DNA from: Leptogorgia sarmentosa
Lineage: Eukaryota
Assembly: GCA_964658305.1 (NCBI GenBank)
Contig: OZ210885.1
Span: forward strand, 16,802,001-16,866,000
Direction of reading: 5' to 3'
Length of the DNA stretch: 64,000 nt
Shown: piece by piece, positions 38,401 to 53,219 of the stretch
Layout: each line of letters starts with the position of its first letter
Numbering within the stretch: position 1 is the stretch's first letter
Notes under the pieces: generated by a model
What the model saw: only the letters and a program-made list of their open reading frames with translations
What the model was told of the DNA's origin: nothing
Databases searched by the model: none
Program-made: the position numbers and the translations under genes

Positions 38401-41400
38401 AAAGTGTAACTTCCATCAACAAGTGTCTACGACCATACCAGTAGGAAAATACCGGTTCTGGTCTGATCACCGAAGTTAAGCCTAGGTGGGAAAAGTTAGT
38501 ACTTGGATGGGTGACCACCTGGGAATACTTTGTGTTGTAGACTTGCTTCATTTTATTGTATGTGTGTTTGTAAATAGGTTTGCTTTCAATTTCAACTTCA
38601 GGGTTTTGTTATTGTTACACGTTTAAAAAGTGTAACTTCCATCAGCAAATGTCTACGACCATACCAGTAGGAAAATACCGGTTCTCGTCTGATCACCGAA
38701 GTTAAGCCTAGGTGGGCAAAGTTAGTACTTGGATGGGTGACCACCTGGGAATACTTTGTGTTGTAGACTTGCTTCATTTTATTGTATGTGTGTTTGTAAA
38801 TAGGTTTGCTTTCAATATAAACTTCAGGGATTTTGTTATTGCTACATCTGGAAATACTTTGTATTGTTGTTTTGCTAAATGTTATTTAATGCCTATTTGT
38901 AAATATAATTCCTTTCAATTTCAACTTCAGGGTTTTGTTATTGTTACACGTTTAAAAAGTGTAACTTCCATCAACAAATGTCTACGACCATACCAGTAGG
39001 AAAATGCCGGTTCTCGTCTGATCACCGAAGTTAAGCCTAGGTGGGCAAGGTTAGTACTTGGATGGGTGACCACCTAATAGGTTTAGACCACCTGGGAATA
39101 CTTTGTGTTGTAGACTTGCTTCATTTTATTGTATGTGTGTTTGTAAATAGGTTTGCTTTCAATTTCAACTTCAGGGTTTTGTTATTGTTACACGTTTAAA
39201 AAGTGTTACTTCAATCAACAAATGTCTACGACGATACCAGTAGGAAAATACCGGTTCTCGTCTGATCACCGAAGTTAAGCCTAGGTGGGCAAGGTTAGTA
39301 CTTGGATGGGTGACCACCTAATAGGTTTAGACCACCTGGGAATACTTTGTGTTGTAGACTTGCTTCATTTTATTGTATGTGTGTTTGTAAATAGGTTTGC
39401 TTTCAATTTCAACTTCAGGGTTTTGTTATTGTTACACGTTTAAAAAGTGTTACTTCAATCAACAAATGTCTACGACGATACCAGTAGGAAAATACCGGTT
39501 CTCGTCTGATCACCGAAGTTAGGCCTAGGTGGGAAAAGTTAGTACTTGGATGGGTGACCACCTGGGAATACTTTGTGTTGTAGACTTGCTTCATTTTATT
39601 GTATGTGTGTTTGTAAATAGGTTTGCTTTCAATTTCAACTTCAGGGATTTTGTTATTGCTACATCTGGAAATATTTTGTATTGTTGTTTTGCTAAATGTT
39701 ATTTAATGCCTATTTGTAAATATAATTCCTTTCAACTTCAACTTCAGGGTTTTATTATTGTTACACGTTTAAAAAGTGTAACTTCCATCAACAAGTGTCT
39801 ACGACCATAACAGTAGGAAAATACCGGTTCTGGTCTGATCACCGAAGTTAAGCCTAGGTGGGAAAAGTTAGTACTTGGATGGGTGACCACCTGGGAATAC
39901 TTTGTGTTGTAGACTTGCTTCATTTTATTGTATGTGTGTTTGTAAATAGGTTTGCTTTCAATTTCAACTTCAGGGTTTTGTTATTGTTACACGTTTAAAA
40001 AGTGTAACTTCCATCAACAAATGTCTACGACCATACCAGTAGGAAAATACCGGTTCTCGTCTGATCACCGAAGTTAAGCCTAGGTGGGCAAAGTTAGTAC
40101 TTGGATGGGTGACCACCTGGGAATACTTTGTGTTGTAGACTTGCTTCATTTTATTGTATGTGTGTTTGTAAATAGGTTTGCTTTCAATTTCAACTTCAGG
40201 GTTTTGTTATTGTTACACGTTTAAAAAGTGTTACTTCAATCAACAAATGTCTACGACGATACCAGTAGGAAAATACCGGTTCTCGTCTGATCACCGAAGT
40301 TAAGCCTAGGTGGGCAAAGTTAGTACTTGGATGGGTGACTACCTGGGAATACTTTGTGTTGTAGACTTGCTTCATTTTATTGTATGTGTGTTTGTAAATA
40401 TAATTCCTTTCAATTTCAACTTCAGGGTTTTGTTATTGTTACACGTTTAAAAAGTGTAACTTCCATCTACAAATGTCTACGACCATACCAGTAGGAAAAT
40501 ACCGGTTCTCGTCTGATCACTGAAGTTAAGCCTAGGTGGGAAAAGTTAGTACTTGGATGGGTGACCACCTGGGAATACTTTGTGTTGTAGAGTTGCTTTG
40601 TTTTATTGTATGTGTGTTTTTAAATAGGTTTGCTTTCAATTTCAACTTCAGGGTTTTGTTATTGTTACACGTTTGAAAAGTGTAACTTCCATCAACAAAT
40701 GTCTACGACCATACCAGTAGGAAAATACTGGTTCTCGTCTGATCACCGAAGCTCGTCTGATCACCGAAGTTAAGCCTAGGTGGGCAAAGTTAGTACTTGG
40801 ATGGGTGACAACCTGGGAATACTTTGTGTTGTAGACTTGCTTCATTTTATTGTATGTGTGTTTGTAAATAGGTTTGCTTTCAATTTCAACTTCAGGGTTT
40901 TGTTATTGTTACACGTTTGAAAAGTGTAACCTCCATCAATAAATGTCTACAACCATACCAGTAGGAAAATACCAGTTCTCGTCTGATCACCGAAGTTAGG
41001 CCTAGGTGTGAAAAGTTAGTACTTGGATGGGTGACCACCTGGGAATACTTTGTGTTGTAGACTTGCTTCATTTTATTGTATGTGTGTCTGTAAATAGGTT
41101 TGCTTTCAATTTCAACTTCAGGGTTTTGTTATTGTTACACGTTTAAAAAGTGTAACTTCCATCAACAAATGTCTACGACCATACCAGTAGGAAAATACCG
41201 GTTCTCATCTGATCACCGAAGTTAAGCCTAGGTGGGCAAAGTTAGTACTTGGATGGGTGACCACCTGGGAATACTTTGTGTCGTAGACTTGCTTCATTTT
41301 ATTGTATGTGTGTTTGTAAGTAGGTTTGCTTTCAATTTCAACTTCAGGGTTTTGTTATTGTTACACGTTTAAAAAGTGTAAGTTCCATCAACAAATGTTT

Positions 41401-44400
41401 ACGACCATACCAGTAGGAAAATACCGGTTCTCGTCTGATCACCGAAGTTAAGCCTAGGTGGGCAAAGTTAGTACTTGGATGGGTGACTACCTGGGAATAC
41501 TTTGTGTTGTAGACTTGCTTCATTTTATTGTATGTGTGTTTGTAAATAGGTTTGCTTTCAATTTCAACTTCAGGGTTTTGTTATTGTTACACATTTAAAA
41601 AGTGTAACTTCCATCAACAAATGTCTACGACCATACCAGTAGGAAAATACCGGTTCTCGTCTGATCACCGAAGTTAGGCCTAGGTGGGAAAAGTTAGTAC
41701 TTGGATGGGTGACCACCTGGGAATACTTTGTGTTGTAGACTTGCTTCATTTTATTGTATGTGTGTTTGTAAATAGGTTTGCTTTCAATTTCAACTTCAGG
41801 GATTTTGTTATTGCTACATCTGGAAATATTTTGTATTGTTGTTTTGCTAAATGTTATTTAATGCCTATTTGTAAATATAATTCCTTTCAACTTCAACTTC
41901 AGGGTTTTATTATTGTTACACGTTTAAAAAGTGTAACTTCCATCAACAAGTGTCTACGACCATACCAGTAGGAAAATACCGGTTCTGGTCTGATCACCGA
42001 AGTTAAGCCTAGGTGGGAAAAGTTAGTACTTGGATGGGTGACCACCTGGGAATACTTTGTGTTGTAGACTTGCTTCATTTTATTGTATGTGTGTTTGTAA
42101 ATAGGTTTGCTTTCAATTTCAACTTCAGGGTTTTGTTATTGTTACACGTTTAAAAAGTGTAACTTCCATCAACAAATGTCTACGACCATACCAGTAGGAA
42201 AATACCGGTTCTCGTCTGATCACCGAAGTTAAGCCTAGGTGGGCAAAGTTAGTACTTGGATGGGTGACCACCTGGGAATACTTTGTGTTGTAGACTTGCT
42301 TCATTTTATTGTATGTGTGTTTGTAAATAGGTTTGCTTTCAATATAAACTTCAGGGATTTTGTTATTGTTACACGTTTAAAAAGTGTTACTTCAATCAAC
42401 AAATGTCTACGACGATACCAGTAGGAAAATACCGGTTCTCGTCTGATCACCGAAGTTAAGCCTAGGTGGGCAAAGTTAGTACTTGGATGGGTGACTACCT
42501 GGGAATACTTTGTGTTGTAGACTTGCTTCATTTTATTGTATGTGTGTTTGTAAATATAATTCCTTTCAATTTCAACTTCAGGGTTTTGTTATTGTTACAC
42601 GTTTAAAAAGTGTAACTTCCATCAACAAATGTCTACGACCATACCAGTAGGAAAATACCGGTTCTCGTCTGATCACTGAAGTTAAGCCTAGGTGGGAAAA
42701 GTTAGTACTTGGATGGGTGACCACCTGGGAATACTTTGTGTTGTAGAGTTGCTTTGTTTTATTGTATGTGTGTTTTTAAATAGGTTTGCTTTCAATTTCA
42801 ACTTCAGGGTTTTGTTATTGTTACACGTTTAAAAAGTGTAACTTCCATCAACAAATGTCTACGACCATACCAGTAGGAAAATACTGGTTCTCGTCTGATC
42901 ACCGAAGCTCGTCTGATCACCGAAGTTAAGCCTAGGTGGGCAAAGTTAGTACTTGGATGGGTGACAACCTGGGAATACTTTGTGTTGTAGACTTGCTTCA
43001 TTTTATTGTATGTGTGTTTGTAAATAGGTTTGCTTTCAATTTCAACTTCAGGGTTTTGTTATTGTTACACGTTTGAAAAGTGTAACCTCCATCAATAAAT
43101 GTCTACAACCATACCAGTAGGAAAATACCAGTTCTCGTCTGATCACCGAAGTTAGGCCTAGGTGGGAAATACCAGTTCTCATCTGATCACCGAAGTTAAG
43201 CCTGGGTGGGCAAAGTTAGTACTGGGATGGGTGACTACCTGGGAATACTTTGTGTTGTAGATATGCTTCATTTTATTGTATGTGTGTTTGTAAATAGGTT
43301 TGCTTTCAATTTCAACTTCAGGGTTTTGTTATTGTTACACGTTTAAAAAGTGTAACTTCCATCAACAAATGTCTACGACCATACCAGTAGGAAAATACCG
43401 GTTCTCGTCTGATCACCGAAGTTAAGCCTAAGTGGGCAAAGTTAGTACTTGGATGGGTGACCACCTGGGAATACTTTGTGTTGTAGACTTGCTTCATTTT
43501 ATTGTATGTGTGTTTGCAAATAGGTTTGCTTTCAATGTAAACTTCAGGGATTTTGTTATTGCTACATCTGGAAATATTTGTATTGTTGTTTTGCTAAATG
43601 TTATTTAATGCCTATTTGTAAATATAATTCCTTTCAATTTCAACTTCAGGGTTTTGTTATTGTTACACGTTTAAAAAGTGTAACTTCCATCAACAAATGT
43701 CTACGACCATACCAGTAGGAAAATACCGGTTCTCGTCTGATCACCGAAGTTAAGCCTAGGTGGGCAAAGTTAGTAGTTGGATGGGTGACCACCTGGGAAT
43801 ACTTTGTGTTGTAGACTTGCTTCATTTTATTGTATGTGTGTTTGTAAATAGGTTTGCTTTCAATTTCAATTTCAGGGTTTTGTTATTGTTACACGTTTAA
43901 AAAGTGTTACTTCCATCAACATATGTCTACGATGATACTAGTAGGAAAATACCGGTTCTCGTCTGATCACCGAAGTTAAGCCTAGGTGGGCAAGTTAGTA
44001 CTTGGATGGGTGACTACCTGGGAATACTTTGTGTTGTAGACTTGCTTCATTTTATTGTATGTGTGTTTGTAAATATAATTCCTTTCAATTTCAACTTCAG
44101 GGTTTTGTTATTGTTACACGTTTAAAAAGTGTAACTTCCATCAACAAATGTCTACGACCATACCACTAGGAAAATACCGGTTCTCGTCTGATCACCAAAG
44201 TTAAGCCTAGGTGGCAAAAGTTAGTACTTGGATGGGTGACCACCTGGGAATACTTTGTGTTGTAGATTTGCTTCATTTTATTGTATGTGTGTTTTTAAAT
44301 AGCTTTGCTTTCAATTTCAACTTCAGGGTTTTGTTATTGTTACACGTTTAAAAAGTGTAACTTCCATCAACAAATGTCTACGACCATACCAGTAGGAAAA

Positions 44401-47400
44401 TACCGGTTCTCGTCTGATCACCGAAGTTAAGCCTAGGTGGGCAAAGTTAGTACTTGGATGGATGACCACCTGGGAATACTTTGTGTTGTAGACTTGCTTC
44501 ATTTTATTGTATGTGTGTTTGTAAATAGGTTTGCTTTCAATGTAAACTTCAGGGATTTTGTTATTGCTACATCTGGAAATACTTTGTATTGTTGTTTTGC
44601 TAAATGTTATTTAATGCCTATTTGTAAATATAATTCCTTCCAATTTCAACTTCAGGGTTTTGTTATTGTTACACGTTTAAAAAGTGTAACTTCCATCAAC
44701 AAATGTCTGCGACCGTACGAGTAGGAAAATACAGGTTCTCGTCTGATCATCGAAGTTAAGCCTAGGTGGGCAAAGTTAGTACTTGGATGGGTGACCACCT
44801 GGGAATACTTTGTGTTGTAGACTTGCTTCATTTTATTGTATGTGTGTTTGTAAATAGGTTTGCTTTCAATTTCAACTTCAGGGTTTTGTTATTGTTACAC
44901 GTTTAAAAAGTGTTACTTCCATCAACAAATGTCTACGACGATACCAGTAGGAAAATACCGGTTCTCGTCTGATCACCGAAGTTAAGCCTAGGTGGGCAAA
45001 GTTAGTACTTGGATGGATGACTACCTGGGAATACTTTGTGTTGTAGACTTGCTTCATTTTATTGTATGTGTGTTTGTAAATAGGTTTGCTTTCAATTTCA
45101 ACTTCAGGGTTTTGTTATTGTTACACGTTTAAAAAGTGTAACTCCCATCAACAAATGTCTACAACCATACCAGTAGGAAAATACCGGTTCTCGTCTGATC
45201 ACCAAAGTTAGGCCTAGGTGGGAAAAGTTAGTACTTGGATGGGTGACCACCTGGGAATACTTTGTGTTGTAGACTTGCTTCATTTTATTGAATGTGTGTT
45301 TGTAAATAGGTTTGCTTTCAATTTCAACTTCAGGGTTTTGTTATTGTTACACGTTTAAAAAGTGTTACTTCCATCAACAAATGTCTACGACGATACCAGT
45401 AAGAAAATACCGGTTCTCGTCTGATCACCGAAGTTAAGCCTAGGTGGGCAAAGTTAGTACTTGGATGGGTGACTACCTGGGAATACTTTGTGTTGTAGAC
45501 TTGCTTCATTTTATTGTATGTGTGTTTGTAAATAGGTTTGCTTTCAATGTAAACTTCAGGGATTTTGTTATTGCTACATCTGGAAGTACTTTGTATTGTT
45601 GTTTTGCTAAATGTTATTTAATGCCTATTTGTAAATATAATTCCTTTCAATTTCAACTTCAGGGTTTTGTTATTGTTACACGTTTAAAAAGTGTAACTTC
45701 CATCAACAAATGTCTACGTCCATACCAGTAGGAAAATACCAGTTCTCGTCTGATCACCGAAGTTAGGTCTAGGTGGGAAAAGTTAGTACTTGGATGGGTG
45801 ACCACCTGGGAATACTTTGTGTTGTAGACTTGCTTCATTTTATTGTATGTGTGTTTGTAAATAGATTTGCTTTCAATTTCAACTTCAGGGTTTTGTTATT
45901 GTTATACGTTTAAAAAGTGTTAGTTCCATCAACAAATGTCTACGACGATACCAGTAGGAAAATACCGGTTCTCGTCTGATCACCGAAGTTAAGCCTAGGT
46001 GGGCAAAGTTAGTACTTCGATGGGTGACTACCTGGGAATACTTTGTGTTGTAGACTTGCTTTATTTTATTGTATGTGTGTTTGTAAATATAATTCCTTTC
46101 AATTTCAACTTCAGGGTTTTGTTATTGTTACACGTTTAAAAAGTGTAACTTCCATCAACAAATGTCTACGACCATACCACTAGGAAAATACCAGTTTTCG
46201 TCTGATCACCGAAGTTAAGCTTAGGTGGGAAAAGTTAGTACTTGGATGGGTGACCACCTGGGAATACTTTGTGTTGTAGATTTGCTTCATTTTATTGTAT
46301 GTGTGTTTTTAAATAGGTTTGTTTTCAATTTCAACTTCAGGGTTTTGTTATTGTTACACGTTTAAAAAGTGTTACTTCAATCAACAATTGTCTACGACCA
46401 TACCAGTAGGAAAATACCGGTTCTTGTCTGATCACCGAAGTTAAGCCTAGGTGGGCAAAGTTAGCACTTGGATGGGTGACCACCTGGGAATACTTTGTCT
46501 TGTAGACTTGCTTCATTTTATTGTATGTGTGTTTGTAAATAGGTTTGCTTTCAATGTAAACTTCCGGGATTTTGCTATTGCTACATCTGGAAATACTTTG
46601 TATTGTTGTTTTCCTAAATGTTATTTAATGCCTATTTGTAAATATAATTCCTTTCAATTTCAACTTCAGGGTTTTGTTATTGTTACACGTTTAAAAAGTG
46701 TAACTTCCATCAACAAATGTCTACGTCCATACCAGTAGGAAAATACCAGTTCTCGTCTGATCACCGAAGTTAGGTCTAGGTGGGAAAAGTTAGTACTTGG
46801 ATGGGTGACCACCTGGGAATACTTTGTGTTGTAGACTTGCTTCATTTTATTGTATGTGTGTTTGTAAATAGATTTGCTTTCAATTTCAACTTCAGGGTTT
46901 TGTTATTGTTATACGTTTAAAAAGTGTTAGTTCCATCAACAAATGTCTACGACGATACTAGTAGGAAAATACCGGTTCTCGTCTGATCACCGAAGTTAAG
47001 CCTAGGTGGGCAAAGTTAGTACTTCGATGGGTGACTACCTGGGAATACTTTGTGTTGTAGACTTGCTTTATTTTATTGTATGTGTGTTTGTAAATATAAT
47101 TCCTTTCAATTTCAACTTCAGGGTTTTGTTATTGTTACACGTTTAAAAAGTGTAACTTCCATCAACAAATGTCTACGACCATACCACTAGGAAAATACCA
47201 GTTTTCGTCTGATCACCGAAGTTAAGCTTAGGTGGGAAAGTTAGTACTTGGATGGGTGACCACCTGGGAATACTTTGTGTTGTAGATTTGCTTCATTTTA
47301 TTGTATGTGTGTTTTTAAATAGGTTTGCTTTCAATTTCAACTTCAGGGTTTTGTTATTGTTACACGTTTAAAAAGTGTTACTTCAATCAACAATTGTCTA

Positions 47401-50400
47401 CGACCATACCAGTAGGAAAATACCGGTTCTTGTCTGATCACCGAAGTTAAGCCTAGGTGGGCAAAGTTAGTACTTGGATGGGTGACCACCTGGGAATACT
47501 TTGTCTTGTAGACTTGCTTCATTTTATTGTATGTGTGTTTGTAAATAGGTTTGCTTTCAATGTAAACTTCCGGGATTTTGCTATTGCTACATCTGGAAAT
47601 ACTTTGTATTGTTGTTTTCCTAAATGTTATTTAATGCCTATTTGTAAATATAATTCCTTTCAATTTCAACTTCAGGGTTTTGTTGTTGTTACACATTTAA
47701 AAAGTGTAACTTCCATCAACAAATGTCTACGGCCGTACGAGTAGGAAAATACCGGTTCTCGTCTGATCACCGAAGTTAAGCCTAGGTGGGCAAAGTTAGT
47801 AGTTGGATGGGTGACCACCTGGGAATACTTTTTGTTGTAGACTTGCTTCACTTTATTGTATGTGTGTTTGTAAATAGGTTTCCTTTCAATTTCTATTTCA
47901 GGGTTTTGTTATTGTTACACGTTTAAAAAGTGTTACTTCCATCAACAATTGTCTACGATGATACCAGTAGGAAAATACCGGTTCTCGTCTGATCACCGAA
48001 GTTAAGCCTAGGTGGGAAAAGTTAGTACTTGGATGGGTGACCACCTGGGAATACTTTGTGTTGTAGACTTGCTTCATTTTATTGTATGTGTGTTTGTAAA
48101 TAGGTTTCCTTTCAATTTCAACTTCAGGGTTTTGTTATTGTTACACGTTTAAAAAGTGTAACTTCCATCAACAAATGTCTACGACCATACCAGTAGGAAA
48201 ATACCGGTTCTCGTCTGATCACTGAAGTTAAGCCTAGGTGGGCAAAGTTAGTACTTGGATGGGTGACTACCTGGGAATACTTTGTGTTGTAGACTTGCTT
48301 CATTTTATTGTATGTGTGTTTGTAAATAGGTTTGCTTTCAATTTCAACTTCAGGGTTTTGTTATTGTTACACGTTTAAAAAGTGTAACTTCCATCAACAA
48401 ATGTCTACGACCATACCAGTAGGAAAATACCGGTTCTCGTCTGATCACCAAAGTTAGGCCTAGGTGGGAAAAGTTAGTACTTGGATGGGTGACCACCTGG
48501 GAATACTTTGTGTTGTAGACTTGCTTCATTTTATTGTATGTGTGTTTGTAAATAGGTTTGCTTTCAATTTCAACTTCAGGGTTTTGTTATTGTTACACGT
48601 TTAAAAAGTGTAACTTCCATCAACAAATGTCTACGACCATACCAGTAGGAAAATACCGGTTCTTGTCTGATCACCGAAGTTAAGCCTAGGTGGGTAAAGT
48701 TAGTACTTGGATGGGTGACCACCTGGGAATACTTTGTGTTGTAGACTTGCTTCATTTTATTGTATGTGTGTTTGTAAATAGGTTTGCTTTCAATGTAAAC
48801 TTCAGGGATTTTGTTATTGCTACATCTGGAAATACTTTGTATTGTTGTTTTGCTAAATGTTATTTAATGCCTATTTGTAAATATAATTCCTTTCAACTTC
48901 AACTTCAGGGTTTTATTATTGTTACACGTTTAAAAAGTGTAACTTCCATCAACAAGTGTCTACGACCATACCAGTAGGAAAATACCGGTTCTCGTCTGAT
49001 CACCGAAGTTAAGCCTAGGTTGGCAAAGTTAGTAGTTGGATGGGTGACCACCTGGGAATACTTTGTGTTGTAGACTTGCTTCATTTTGTTGTGTGTTTGT
49101 AAGTAGGTTTGCTTTCAATTTCAACTTCAGGGTTTTGTTATTGTTACACGTTTAAAAAGTGTAACTTCCATCAACAAATGTCTACGACCATACCAGTAGG
49201 AAAATACCGGTTCTCGTCCGATCACCGAAGTTAAGCCTAGGTGGGCAAGTTAGTACTTGGATGGGTGACAACCTGGGAATACTTTGTGTTGTAGACTTGC
49301 TTCATTTTATTGTATGTGTGTTTGTAAATAGGTTTGCTTTCAATTTCAACTTCAGGGTTTTGTTATTGTTACACGTTTAAAAAGTGTAACTTCCATCAAC
49401 AAATGTCTACGACCATACCAGTAGGAAAATACCGGTTCTCGTCTGATCACCGAAGTTAAGCCTAGGTGGGCAAAGTTAGTACTTGGATGGGTGACTACCT
49501 GGGAAAACTTTGTGTTGTAGACTTGCTTCATTTTATTGTATGTGTGTTTGTAAATAGGTTTGCTTTCAATGTAAACTTCAGGGATTTTGTTATTGCTACA
49601 TCTGGAAATACTTTGTATTGTTGTTTTCCTAAATGTTATTTAATGCCTATTTGTAAATATAATTCCTTTCAACTTCAACTTCAGGGTTTTATTATTGTTA
49701 CACGTTTAAAAAGTGTAACTTCCATCAACAAGTGTCTACGACCATACCAGTAGGAAAATACCGGTTCTCGTCTGATCACCGAAGTTAAGCCTAGGTTGGC
49801 AAAGTTAGTAGTTGGATGGTTGACCACCTGGGAATACTTTGTGTTGTAGACTTGCTTCATTTTGTTGTATGTGTGTTTGTAAGTAGGTTTGCTTTCAATT
49901 TCAACTTCAGGGTTTTGTTATTGTTACACGTTTAAAAAGTGTAACTTCCATCAACAAATGTCTGCGACCATACCAGTAGGAAAATACCGGTTCTCGTCTG
50001 ATCACCGACGTTAAGCCTAGGTGGGCAAAGTTAGTACTTGGATGGGTGACTACCTGGGAATACTTTGTGTTGTAGACTTGCTTCATTTTATTGTATGTGT
50101 GTTTGTAAATAGGTTTGCTTTCAATTTCAACTTCAGGGTTTTGTTATTGTTACACGTTTAAAAAGTGTAACTTCCATCAACAAATGTCTACGACCATACC
50201 AGTAGGAAAATACCGGTTCTCGTCTGATCACCGAAGTAAAGCCTAGGTGGGCAAAGTTAGTACTTGGATGGGTGACTACCTGGGAATACTTTGTGTTGTA
50301 GACTTGCTTCATTTTATTGTATGTGTGTTTGTAAATAGGTTTGCTTTCAATGTAAACTTCAGGGATTTTGTTATTGCTACATCTGGAAATACTTTGTATT

Positions 50401-52750
50401 GTTGTTTTCCTAAATGTTATTTAATGCCTATTTGTAAATATAATTCCTTTCAATTTCAACTTCAGGGTTTTGTTATTGTTACACGTTTAAAAAGTGTAAC
50501 TTCCATCAACAAATGTCTACGACCATACCAGTAGGAAAATACCGGTTCTCGTCTGATCACTGAAGTTAAGCCTAGGTGGGCAAAGTTAGTACTTGGATGG
50601 GTGACTACCTGGGAATACTTTGTGTTGTAGACTTGCTTCATTTTATTGTATGTGTGTTTGTAAATAGGTTTGCTTTCAATTTCAACTTCAGGGTTTTGTT
50701 ATTGTTACACGTTTAAAAAGTGTAACTTCCATCAACAAATGTCTACGACCATACCAGTAGGAAAATACCGGTTCTCGTCTGATCACCAAAGTTAGGCCTT
50801 GGTGGGAAAAGTTAGTACTTGGATGGGTGACCACCTGGGAATACTTTGTGTTGTAGACTTGCTTCATTTTATTGTATGTGTGTTTGTAAATAGGTTTGCT
50901 TTCAATTTCAACTTCAGGGTTTTGTTATTGTTACACGTTTAAAAAGTGTAACTTCCATCAACAAATGTCTACGACCATACCAGTAGGAAAATACCGGTTC
51001 TCGTCTGATCACCGAAGTTAAGCCTAGGTGGGCAAAGTTAGTAGTTGGATGGGTGACTACCTGGGAATACTTTGTGTTGTAGACTTGCTTCATTTTGTTG
51101 TGTGTTTGTAAGTAGGTTTGCTTTCAATTTCAACTTCAGGGTTTTGTTATTGTTACACGTTTAAAAAGTGTAACTTCCATCAACAAATGTCTAGGACCAT
51201 ACCAGTAGGAAAATACCGGTTCTCGTCTGATCACCAAAGTTAGGCCTAGGTGGGAAAAGTTAGTACTTGGATGGGTGACCACCTGGGAATACTTTGTGTT
51301 TTAGACTTGCTTCATTTTGTTGTATGTGTGTTTGTAAGTAGGTTTGCTTTCAATTTCAACTTCAGGGTTTTGTTATTGTTACACGTTTAAAAAGTGTAAC
51401 TTCCATCAACAAATGTCTACGACCATACCAGTAGGAAAATACCGGTTCTCGTCTGATCACCGAAGTTAAGCCTAGGTGGGCAAAGTTAGTACATGCATGG
51501 GTGACTACCTGGGAATACTTTGTGTTGTAGACTTGCTTCATTTTATTGTATGTGTGTTTGTAAATAGGTTTGCTTTCAATTTCAACTTCAGGGTTTTGTT
51601 ATTGTTACATGTTTAAAAAGTGTAACTTCCATCAACAAATGTCTACGACCATACCAGTAGGAAAATACCGGTTCTCGTCTGATCACCGAAGTTAAGCCTA
51701 GGTGGGCAAAGTTACTACTTGGATGGGTGACCACCTGGGAATACTTTGTGTTGTAGACTTGCTTCATTTTATTATATGTGTGTTTGTAAATAGGTTTGCT
51801 TTCAATGTAAACTTCAGGGATTTTGTTATTGCTACATCTGGAAATACTTTGTATTGTTGTTTTCCTAAATGTTATTTAATGCCTATTTGTAAATATAATT
51901 CCTTTCAATTTCAACTTCAGGGTTTTGTTATTGTTACACATTTAAAAAGTGTAACTTGCATCAACAAATGTCTACGACCGTACGAGTAGGAAAATACCGG
52001 TTCTCGTCTGATCACCGAAGTTAAGCCTAGGTGGGCAAAGTTAGTACTTGGATGGGTGACTACCTGCAAATACTTTGTGTTGTAGACTTGCTTCATTTTA
52101 TTGTATGTGTGTTTGTAAATAGGTTTGCTTTCAATTTCAACTTCAGGGTTTTGTTATTGTTACACGTTTAAAAAGTGTAACTTCCATCAACAAATGTCTA
52201 CGACCATACCAGTAGGAAAATACCGGTTCTCGTCTGATCACCGAAGTTAAGCCTAGGTGGGCAAAGTTAGTACTTGGATGGGTGACTACCTGGGAATACT
52301 TTGTGTTGTAGACTTGCTTCATTTTATTGTATGTGTGTTTGTAAATAGGTTTGCTTTCAATGTAAACTTCAGGGATTTTGTTATTGCTACATCTGGAAAT
52401 ACTTTGTATTGTTGTTTTCCTAAATGTTATTTAATGCCTATTTGTAAATATAATTCCTTTCAACTTCAACATCAGGGTTTTGTTATTGTTACACGTTTAA
52501 AAAGTGTAACTTCCATCATCAAATGTCTACGACCATACCAGTAGGAAAATACCGGTTCTCGTCTGATCACTGAAGTTAAGCCTAGGTGGGCAAAGTTAGT
52601 ACTTGGATGGGTGACTACCTGGGAATACTTTGTGTTGTAGACTTGCTTCATTTTATTGTATGTGTGTTTGTAAATAGGTTTGCTTTCAATTTCAGCTTCA
52701 GGGTTTTGTTATTGTTACACGTTTAAAAAGTGTAACTTCCATCAACAAAT

Positions 52751-52870
52751 GTCTAGGACCATACCAGTAGGAAAATACCGGTTCTCGTCTGATCACCAAA
52801 GTTAGGCCTAGGTGGGAAAAGTTAGTACTTGGATGGGTGACCACCTGGGAATACTTTGTGTTGTAGACTT
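52751..52870 (+). rRNA. 5S rRNA: 5S rRNA gene immediately upstream of the insertion (variant GTCTAGGACC..., CACCAAAG, TTAGGC, GGGAAAAG)
   Basis: Full-length 120-nt copy followed by an intact GCTTCATTTT terminator (T4 at 52877-52880). It carries several helix-breaking substitutions, so function is uncertain. Confidence 0.85.
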
Positions 52871-53192
52871 GCTTCATTTTGTTGCTGCCGCAGCGAGCGA
52901 GCCTGAAGCGAGCGAGCAAGGCAGCAGATCCTAAATTTATCATGTGGATCAAAATCAAAATTTTCTATTGGCGCATTGCATGACGGTACCAGTAAATTTA
53001 GGGTGTTCGACCCGCATTTGCAGGACTTCTCTCAGCTGTTAATTCTTCCCGTTTCGTACAGTGACTACAGTATACGAATGGCCGGCACGGCCGCATGGAT
53101 ATTTTTTATAATCCATTCCAATCTGATCACAGGTTTTAACACAAAGTTACCGTTGTTATTTAAGACGACAATTCGTCAATATTATTGCTATC

Positions 53193-53219
53193 GTGTTGTG
53201 TGTGTGTGTTTGTGCGTGT
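53193..53219. repeat. Imperfect (GT)n microsatellite inside the insertion
   Basis: GTGTTGTGTGTGTGTGTTTGTGCGTGT read directly. Confidence 0.8.

Larger units (their letters stand above)
1..52882 (+). repeat. Tandem 5S rDNA array, left of the insertion (226-bp and 329-bp units, all in the same orientation)
   Basis: The 120-nt 5S sequence GTCTACGACCATACC...GTGTTGTAGACTT recurs continuously, separated by AT-rich spacers of 106 or 209 bp. ORF-track spacings decompose into these units (555=329+226, 781=329+2x226, 1007=329+3x226). Confidence 0.98.
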
